A stretch of 60,881 nt of DNA from a virus: IMG/VR virus record IMGVR_UViG_2528311097_000001. One strand, written 5' to 3'. Positions 54,663-60,881 of this stretch are shown here, in pieces; the first letter of the stretch is position 1; the number at the start of each line of letters is the position of its first letter. The notes below the pieces were generated by a model. That model ran no database searches. It was not told the DNA's origin and saw only the letters and a list, made by a program, of their open reading frames with translations. The translations under genes were made by a program, and so were the position numbers.

Positions 54663-55232
54663 ATGGACTCAGACTGCGCGCTGTACGTCATTGAACTCGA
54701 ACCGAAGAAGGACTCGAATGTGATGTGGTACGTTGGGATCTCGAAGCATCCTGAAAAACGATATAGAGAACACTGTGTAGAGTACGGGTCGAAGTGTACA
54801 CACCGGAATACCTGCGTCGAGATGCATGTCCTTCTCTGGGGAAAGAGACGGCTGATGAGATCCCTTGAAGATCGTCTTACGCTAGCACTCTGGGATCAGT
54901 ATGGGCCGGGGACAACACAAGGCGGGAATTACACTGGAGAGAAGCTTGGTGATGGTACTCTCCCAGACGATGTGGATACAAGCCTCCCGCCCCCACTGGC
55001 GTCGGCTTTGGAAGAAACAGGTGACGAACGGTTAGCGAAACTCAGTGAGAGGCGTCGAGTCTACATGACCATAGAAGCAGAAGTGCCATTCAGTTCAGTG
55101 GAGGAAGCGGGTGAATGGGCCGATCGAGAACTGCCCGAAGGTGCAAAGATCAGACTATCCACGTCCGACTACGAACTTGGTACCTACTATGCTGAAGATT
55201 CGAAGGCGGTTGAGAAGATAGAATCTGAGTAG
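54663..55232 (+). CDS. GIY-YIG-family nuclease
   Basis: LYVIEL...WYVGIS.HPEKRYREH...GSKCT; later E..LT and GGNY. Confidence 0.8.
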   Translation: MDSDCALYVIELEPKKDSNVMWYVGISKHPEKRYREHCVEYGSKCTHRNTCVEMHVLLWGKRRLMRSLEDRLTLALWDQYGPGTTQGGNYTGEKLGDGTLPDDVDTSLPPPLASALEETGDERLAKLSERRRVYMTIEAEVPFSSVEEAGEWADRELPEGAKIRLSTSDYELGTYYAEDSKAVEKIESE

Positions 55233-55316
55233 TCATGCGATAGTGTGAAACCTTGTGCAACATCGGCAGGTCGTGAAAGGGGAGTGTTGCACAAGGGATG
55301 GCGACGAACGCAGCCC

Positions 55317-55553
55317 TTACTTGCTCGTCTGATACAGCTTCTGACGAGCGTCGGCCATGTTCGGTCGGACGGTGACAGTCTCCTCGCCGTCGATGAGGCG
55401 CTCGAGTGCGTATCGGACTGTCCGCGGGGGGAGGCGGGTGATCTCGCTGATGTCGCCTTGCGTCAGCTCGCCGTGATCGTCCAGAGCGTAATAGACCAGC
55501 TTGCACGACGGGGGGCAGTCCTTGATCTCGCGGGGGAGAGTCGTCTCACTCAT
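55317..55553 (-). CDS. Winged-helix regulator
   Basis: PPSCKLVYYALDDHGELTQGDISEITRLPPRTVRYALERL...DARQKLY. Confidence 0.8.
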   Translation of the reverse strand: MSETTLPREIKDCPPSCKLVYYALDDHGELTQGDISEITRLPPRTVRYALERLIDGEETVTVRPNMADARQKLYQTSK

Positions 55554-55782
55554 CGCCACACTCCGCTTCCGGTGGGAGGGGGTCGCTTGTCGCCTCGCCA
55601 CAGTTCGTGCAGTACCACTTGTCCGCCCCGGGCGTCCGCCCGATCTGGGACCGATTGGGCGTGAGGCAGACCGACTCGCAATACGGACACCGACGCATCT
55701 CTTCGTGAGGGGTTGACGAGCGAGCGTAGAGCGCCTCCTGGAGATCGAATCCCTCGGGGACGATATCGGACGAGCCGCTCAT
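55546..55782 (-). CDS. Zinc-finger microprotein
   Basis: RCPYCES...WYCTNCG. Confidence 0.65.
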   Translation of the reverse strand: MSGSSDIVPEGFDLQEALYARSSTPHEEMRRCPYCESVCLTPNRSQIGRTPGADKWYCTNCGEATSDPLPPEAECGDE

Positions 55783-55922
55783 CGGTCGATCACACTCCAG
55801 TCGATATGGTCTTCGTCATACCCATACCACTCGGCGTGATTCGCCGCAATCTGGCGAGCGATCTCCTCGTCGCGCAGTTTGATATTGTAGTTGTAGCAAT
55901 CGCAGTCGCCGCGATGGATCAC
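55779..55922 (-). CDS. 47-aa hypothetical protein (not in track)
   Basis: MIHRGDCDCYNYNIKLRDEEIARQIAANHAEWYGYDEDHIDWSVIDR; GTGA/ATGA coupling. Confidence 0.5.
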   Translation of the reverse strand: MIHRGDCDCYNYNIKLRDEEIARQIAANHAEWYGYDEDHIDWSVIDR

Positions 55923-56023
55923 GAGTGATCACCCCCCTGGGCACTCCCGCACCACTTACAGAACGGGACGACGACGGAGATCTCCCGATCGCACGACTGA
56001 CAGGGACGCTGGTAGCCGTGCAT
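55919..56023 (-). CDS. 34-aa double zinc ribbon (not in track)
   Basis: MHGYQRPCQSCDREISVVVPFCKWCGSAQGGDHS. Confidence 0.55.
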   Translation of the reverse strand: MHGYQRPCQSCDREISVVVPFCKWCGSAQGGDHS

Positions 56024-56229
56024 CAGTGCTCACTCCCATCGAACTCGCCGAGTTGAGGGTGCTCATGTTCGTGCTCGTCGAGGTCGCCCTCGTAAAACGC
56101 GATCACCTCATCGTAGTCCTCGGGTTGGCGACCCACGATCCGCTCGAAGTCGTTTTTGTGCTTCCGGGCGTGTGCCGGTGCGCCGAGACCTCGGCTCACC
56201 TCTTGGCCACAGATCTGGCAGAAGGGCAT
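56023..56229 (-). CDS. C2H2-type zinc-finger microprotein
   Basis: MPFCQICG...AHARKH; TAATG coupling. Confidence 0.6.
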   Translation of the reverse strand: MPFCQICGQEVSRGLGAPAHARKHKNDFERIVGRQPEDYDEVIAFYEGDLDEHEHEHPQLGEFDGSEH

Positions 56230-56366
56230 TATGCAAACCTCCGGTAGTAGCTCGGCGTGCAGCTCGAGCAGACGAACTCGGGACTCCATCCGGCGGTCGA
56301 GCCGTCGTGATCAATGTCGGCCGTCCAGAGGGCGTCCATTTCGCCATCGCACGAGAGGCAGTCCAT
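56229..56366 (-). CDS. 45-aa CxxC-CxxC microprotein (not in track)
   Basis: MDCLSCDGEMDALWTADIDHDGSTAGWSPEFVCSSCTPSYYRRFA. Confidence 0.55.
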   Translation of the reverse strand: MDCLSCDGEMDALWTADIDHDGSTAGWSPEFVCSSCTPSYYRRFA

Positions 56367-56740
56367 CAGTCATCCGCCTCCTGGACGTCGGCACCACCGT
56401 CCGTCATTATCGCGTTCTCGACGTTAAACGTATCTTCGACGCGGCGGCACTCGTTGTGTTCGTCAGACTCCCCGTGCAGTACCTCGGTGAACTCCTTTGA
56501 GTAACGAGCAGAGGACGTGAGATTGTAGAGAGTCTCACTCTCCGGCCAGAAGATTACCATCGCGAAGTCCTCGTGCATGTCCCCCCGTTCAATCCAGCCG
56601 TAGACCGAGACGGATTGTTCACCGTTCCACTCACCGACGGTGAATCGGTCCCACGAGACGAAACGGCAGGCTCGGAGTTTGCGCGCGATCCATCGCCGGT
56701 TTTCGATTCGGTCAGCCCCGTCTGAGGAAGTATCGCTCAC
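56366..56740 (-). CDS. Hypothetical protein
   Basis: 124 aa, coupled at both ends; starts MSDTSSDG and ends ...MTDGG... Confidence 0.6.
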   Translation of the reverse strand: MSDTSSDGADRIENRRWIARKLRACRFVSWDRFTVGEWNGEQSVSVYGWIERGDMHEDFAMVIFWPESETLYNLTSSARYSKEFTEVLHGESDEHNECRRVEDTFNVENAIMTDGGADVQEADD

Positions 56741-56949
56741 GCCGGCTCACCTCCCGGAAGACACCAGTCATCGTGATTGGGGCCGTCACGCCCCGGGTCG
56801 ACGCAATCCGGTCGACGAGAACAACGTTCTGTCGCTCCTGTATCACCGCGTCCGCGTTCGTGACCGTATTCGATCCCTGACGGGCCAATAGTTATCTGAC
56901 GGCCACATACCGGACAGCGTTCAGTACCGTCTGAGGAGGTATCGCTCAT
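56709..56949. repeat. 32-bp direct repeat covering the starts of two adjacent genes
   Basis: 56709-56740 and 56918-56949, 27/32 identical, both encode MSDTSSDG.(D/E)R. Confidence 0.8.
56737..56949 (-). CDS. CPxCG zinc-finger microprotein
   Basis: RCPVCG...EYGH...ERC...DC. Confidence 0.6.
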   Translation of the reverse strand: MSDTSSDGTERCPVCGRQITIGPSGIEYGHERGRGDTGATERCSRRPDCVDPGRDGPNHDDWCLPGGEPA

Positions 56950-57182
56950 CGCGAGTCCCCCATGAGATCGGCCAGCAGTTCCTCGTAACCGAGTTCGTCA
57001 GTCGTACAGCCACACTCGCCGCGGCCATGGTGTGGGATGTTCGACTTCGAGATCGAGAAGCACATCGCGAGCTCGCGATTCGTCCACTCGCCATACAGCA
57101 GGCGGATCGCCGCGCATTCCCGGGGCGAGAGGTCAGTCGACGGGCCCGGCGAGTGGACGTCGATGATCGGGTCGGTGCTCAT
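56946..57182 (-). CDS. Small HTH protein
   Basis: LSPRECAAIRLLYGEWTNRELAMCFSIS...H..G.CGC. Confidence 0.6.
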   Translation of the reverse strand: MSTDPIIDVHSPGPSTDLSPRECAAIRLLYGEWTNRELAMCFSISKSNIPHHGRGECGCTTDELGYEELLADLMGDSR

Positions 57183-60100
57183 GCCGCCACCTCCTGGATC
57201 GCGACCTGATCGGACTGCCTCCCGAAGCGAACCGTCCTCGTCTCGGGCTCGAGGCCCCGATGGGAGAGGCGCCCGGCCAGATCGATCCAGCGCTCGTAGA
57301 CAGCGAACTGACCCAGTGCGCCGGCCCAGTCCTCACTGAAGAACGCCGCGCCGACCGGATGCTCGGAATCGTGAGCCGCCTCGCCAGAGATCGCCTCGGC
57401 GAGGTCGTAGAGGACGTCGACCGGATCGGCGCCCGTCTCCGTTGCGATCCCCGGGACGATGTCTGAGCCGCGCTCATCGCTCGTCGGGAAGGGGAGCGCA
57501 AAGCGAATCCCGGCCTCATCTGAGTCGGCCAGCCCGAGTGCCTCGAGACGCGGGAGGTGGGTGCGGACCGACCGAGACGAGACGTCCGCCCGGCCGGCGA
57601 GTTCACTCTGTGTGAGGGGTGATTCAACGGTCAGCAGCGCTTTCGTGAGTTTCTGAACTGTGGGTTGCATGGTTGGAAGGAGTCGGTCTGAGGGGAGCTG
57701 GGCGAGTGCCCGGCGCACCTCGTCGAGTCGGATATCTCGAGGGCGGTCCTCGGACTGCAGGGCGTAATCGATCGCCGCCGCGGCGTCGAGTGGCGAGCCG
57801 GCGAGAGCGTCGAACAGCGCGATCGACTCGCGAGTCGCTGAGAGGTTCTTCTGCGCGAGCCGATCGCGAGCAGTGAGTGCCATCGCCGGCCGGCCGACGT
57901 CGGTCGTGATCGACACGGGAACGTCGAACTCGGGGGCGTCCTCGTGGAGTCGACTATCGGCCCCGTCCGCCCCGCGGCGGATCTCTGCCCGGAGGTCGTC
58001 GGCCAGTCGCGAGATAGACGACCCGACGATAACGAACGAGCCGATCATGTCCCCGGACGGGTCATCGGCCGGGATCGACGGCTCCATCGCAGCTGCTCGT
58101 TTGTCTTCGTCGGCCTCGAACAGCTGCCGATAGGCAGCGAAGTGACCGTGCCGGCTCGCGATCTGAGCCCCGTGAACGACGTTCTTCGCGAGGTCGGCCC
58201 GGTCGTCGGCATCGAACCGGCGCGTGAACTCGGGGACGCGAACCTCCCGGACGAGCTCGACGTCGGCGAGATCGCACAGATGGGCGACCGTGCCGATGAT
58301 CCCGTGAGAGAACCGAGTGATCCGAGAGCGGAACTCCTCGGGAGTACACGAGTAGTCGCCATTATGCCACTGCCGAGTCATGTCGAGAAGCTCATCTTCA
58401 GCGGCCATCAGCGCCTCCGCGTACCGCTCGGCAGTCGTATCTCGATCCGACAGCCAGCCGAGACAACGAGCATCCCGAAGGATCCGCGGGTCGTCCGTTG
58501 CGAGCCCACCGAGATCGCCGACGTCACCGTCGAGGCGATCGGGAGTGAGAACATCCCGGAACACACGGCGGTCGGTTAACGCTCGTGCAACACACACCGT
58601 GTACTGCATAGGGTTGCGGTACTCAGCGCCGGCCACCAGTCGGTCGTCGCCATCGTAGCTCAGGTACGGCTGGCGTAGCTCGTCACTCGGTTCAACTGGG
58701 TGGTCAACCAAGCTCACAGCGCCTTCGGTGGCACTTGCAGCAACCGCGGCCCCTCGCCACCGGGGCATATACTCCACAGTCACGGCGGCGCCGTGGCGGC
58801 GGCGGTCGGCCGGGCCGGTCGCGGCGGTGGTGGGGGTGTCCTCCCCTCCCCCATCTCGCTGCGTGCTTACACGGCAATAGATGGAGGACTTTCCGGAGTC
58901 GCTAACGCAACTATCGAGTGTTGCCTGCCGACCGATTTCAGCGTCGAGACGGTCCACAAACGCCGATCCTGCTTTGAGGAGTTCGACGTGCGGTCCATCG
59001 GCAGTCTCGAACGTCGCGACGAGATCGAGGTCGCTGAGTCGACCAACGCACTGTCGTATTCGCGAGGACGAAACGCCGGCACTACTCTCGATCGCGTGCT
59101 TCGGGAGGGTTTCGCTGGCCTCCCCGCTGAGTTGCCGGAGGATCGCCACCTCTCGCGAGTCGTGACTGAGTTCCAGGCCGGCCTGTTCGACTGTCGCATC
59201 GGTGGACTGCCCAGGACGGCCTGTACTGCAGATCTCGCTAACGCCGGGCAGGTCCTGGCGGTGCTTCCTCGCGAGCTTCCGACGGACGCCCATGGTCGTC
59301 ACGACGCGGACGTCACACCCTCGTGCGAGTGCGGCAATGATCGACAGGACGCCCCGGCGCTGATCGGCAACCCGGTCGAAGAACTCCCGATCGAGTCGAA
59401 CGGCGACGGTCGGCGTTCGACCACTCCCGGCGAGCAACTCGAGCGCATGCCCGATCTCCTCGGTCGGGGATGTCCCCTGGCCGAGCGTCTGGAGGTCGTC
59501 GACGAGTTGCCAGAGCGCGACCCGGTCGCCCTTCCCGATCCGGACTGCGAGCTCGGGATACGTATCGGGGAGATCGCGACCGACTAACTCCTCGCGATAC
59601 TCGTTGGGTGACTTTCCGGTTGCGCTAACGCGGACCGACTCGATGATCGCCTCGATGAACGATCCCGTCTCGGTGAGTTCCGACCAGAGGTCGGTCGGCG
59701 AGCGATCGCCCACCTCCACGTCGACGATGGCAGACAGGGGGGCCTGATCGGTGAACGTCAGCGACCCGTCGCCGGTGATCGGCTCGCCCGCCTCGAACTC
59801 CTGGAGTTGCTCCTCGACCTTCGCCTCGTAGCGTCGATCACAGTCCTCGAACGCCCCCTCGTACAGCGAGGCGTAGAGGCTGTCCCACTCGTCGAGTGCA
59901 CCCTCCGTCTCGCCGCTGGTCGAGTGGCGCTCGTTGAACGCTTCGAGACGCTGCTCTGCGATCTCGGCGTAGGGGTCCTCGAGGCCGAGTTCTTCGACGT
60001 CGCCCTCGGCTCGGAGGTAGCTGTGCTCGTCGGGGTCGTATTCAATCGAGTTATATGACTTGTTGGCGTCCTCGACGTTGGCCTTTCCACGCACCTCTCG

Positions 60101-60271
60101 AGCTTCTTCGGCTGTTTGGGTGGACTGAAGTACCCGAAGCGCACTCGTTTTGTGAACAGAACCACACGACCGACACTCAACTCGGTCTTTGAAACGAATA
60201 TCCTCAACTATCCAATAGCTATTACAATGAGTACAGCCAACAACCGAGAAGGGCGCACTGTCGCCCCTCAT
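57179..60271 (-). CDS. Large haloarchaeal plasmid-type replication protein (RepH-like) with N-terminal zinc ribbon
   Basis: VVGCTHCNSYWIV...VECRSCG N-terminus; two wHTH segments; 1030 aa size matches RepH class; family call from memory of motifs only. Confidence 0.6.
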   Translation of the reverse strand: MRGDSAPFSVVGCTHCNSYWIVEDIRFKDRVECRSCGSVHKTSALRVLQSTQTAEEAREVRGKANVEDANKSYNSIEYDPDEHSYLRAEGDVEELGLEDPYAEIAEQRLEAFNERHSTSGETEGALDEWDSLYASLYEGAFEDCDRRYEAKVEEQLQEFEAGEPITGDGSLTFTDQAPLSAIVDVEVGDRSPTDLWSELTETGSFIEAIIESVRVSATGKSPNEYREELVGRDLPDTYPELAVRIGKGDRVALWQLVDDLQTLGQGTSPTEEIGHALELLAGSGRTPTVAVRLDREFFDRVADQRRGVLSIIAALARGCDVRVVTTMGVRRKLARKHRQDLPGVSEICSTGRPGQSTDATVEQAGLELSHDSREVAILRQLSGEASETLPKHAIESSAGVSSSRIRQCVGRLSDLDLVATFETADGPHVELLKAGSAFVDRLDAEIGRQATLDSCVSDSGKSSIYCRVSTQRDGGGEDTPTTAATGPADRRRHGAAVTVEYMPRWRGAAVAASATEGAVSLVDHPVEPSDELRQPYLSYDGDDRLVAGAEYRNPMQYTVCVARALTDRRVFRDVLTPDRLDGDVGDLGGLATDDPRILRDARCLGWLSDRDTTAERYAEALMAAEDELLDMTRQWHNGDYSCTPEEFRSRITRFSHGIIGTVAHLCDLADVELVREVRVPEFTRRFDADDRADLAKNVVHGAQIASRHGHFAAYRQLFEADEDKRAAAMEPSIPADDPSGDMIGSFVIVGSSISRLADDLRAEIRRGADGADSRLHEDAPEFDVPVSITTDVGRPAMALTARDRLAQKNLSATRESIALFDALAGSPLDAAAAIDYALQSEDRPRDIRLDEVRRALAQLPSDRLLPTMQPTVQKLTKALLTVESPLTQSELAGRADVSSRSVRTHLPRLEALGLADSDEAGIRFALPFPTSDERGSDIVPGIATETGADPVDVLYDLAEAISGEAAHDSEHPVGAAFFSEDWAGALGQFAVYERWIDLAGRLSHRGLEPETRTVRFGRQSDQVAIQEVAA

Positions 60272-60540
60272 TTGTCATCCTCCTGCGAAGCAACGATTTG
60301 CTTCCTCTCGCACCAAAAGTGTACTTCGATCTGGGAAAAGCGACACCAGTCATTTCGAGTGCTACTCTTCGCCTCTTCAATGGTTTCGCGCGTCTGGTGA
60401 ACCGAATCTATTTGATATGCAAACTGTTCACCTGATTCAACATCGACCAGTCGGTATAGGAGAACGTATACGAATTCCCCCTTGATTTCTGATGCTCGGC
60501 GAAAACCGCGGGGATACTTATCGTCACGACTTGCCGTCAT
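60268..60540 (-). CDS. Hypothetical protein
   Basis: 90 aa, coupled overlaps at both ends, more AT-rich codons. Confidence 0.5.
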   Translation of the reverse strand: MTASRDDKYPRGFRRASEIKGEFVYVLLYRLVDVESGEQFAYQIDSVHQTRETIEEAKSSTRNDWCRFSQIEVHFWCERKQIVASQEDDK

Positions 60541-60881
60541 GCTGCCCCCTCGCCTTCATCGGCAGCTTTCGGTGCGGGGAGATCGACGCCCTCGATCGCC
60601 TCGAAGACGAGGATCTGACTCTTGGGGAACCACGCCTCGTCATCCTCTCGACCGAGGAGGATCGCGTCATCCGTCTCTCGGATGATAGATCCGGCGACGA
60701 CTTCGCCACCTCCAGTCGACGGGTAGTCCTTCTGCCCGACGAGCCAGTCGGGGGCGTAGGCAACGAGTTCGCGACCGGCGTTGAGCTCGACGACGACCGC
60801 GTCGGCCCGCACAACGTTGAGGAACGGATCGCCGATGAGGTCGCCGTAGGAGCTAACCTCGACCGTATCGAGATCACCCAT
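60537..60881 (-). CDS. Hypothetical protein, first gene of replication operon
   Basis: Acidic 114 aa; IIRETDDAIL...EAWFPKSQI. Confidence 0.6.
   Translation of the reverse strand: MGDLDTVEVSSYGDLIGDPFLNVVRADAVVVELNAGRELVAYAPDWLVGQKDYPSTGGGEVVAGSIIRETDDAILLGREDDEAWFPKSQILVFEAIEGVDLPAPKAADEGEGAA

Larger units (their letters stand above)
1..60881. mobile_element. Haloarchaeal temperate myovirus-type provirus / virus-plasmid carrying a T4SS-like conjugation module
   Basis: Integrase, full head-neck-contractile tail gene set, repressor switch, VirB4/VirD4-like operon, ParA and RepH-like genes with no host housekeeping gene in between; acidic proteome and GGAGGTGA-type RBS (e.g. before 26397, 8798, 6524). 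Confidence 0.9.

Noticed and set aside
1-60881. tRNA/att site, rRNA or CRISPR array
   Set aside because: No tRNA T-loop/cloverleaf, terminal direct repeats or regularly spaced repeat-spacer units were found by eye; att probably lies outside the window

Overview
The window is one continuous mobile element of a halophilic archaeon. Evidence for the host type: very acidic proteins, GGAGGTGA Shine-Dalgarno motifs, TATA/BRE-like promoters and Tat lipoproteins. It encodes an apparently complete temperate contractile-tailed (myovirus-type) head-tail virus at about 2.5-35.9 kb on the minus strand: terminases, portal, protease/scaffold, HK97-type capsid, neck, sheath, tube, tape measure, baseplate and two beta-helix tail spikes. 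A tyrosine integrase lies at the left end, and a divergent repressor switch with paired palindromic operators at about 39 kb. A six- to seven-gene type IV secretion/conjugation-like operon occupies 41.2-52.0 kb (VirB2-like pilin, VirB6-like, VirB3/PrgI-like, VirB4 ATPase, two accessory proteins, and a VirD4-like coupling ATPase with an extra wHTH+nuclease-like C-terminus). To its right are a ParA partition cassette with repeats and a RepH-like replication operon. The strongest candidate for an undescribed system is therefore a virus-conjugative plasmid hybrid that could spread both by virions and by cell contact. Other highlights: a +1 (TTT-CGA) frameshift in the tail chaperone, an asparagine-synthase-like moron, and many unannotated zinc-finger microproteins. 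All family names come from motif recognition by eye; no database search was run. No tRNA, rRNA, CRISPR array or att site was seen.
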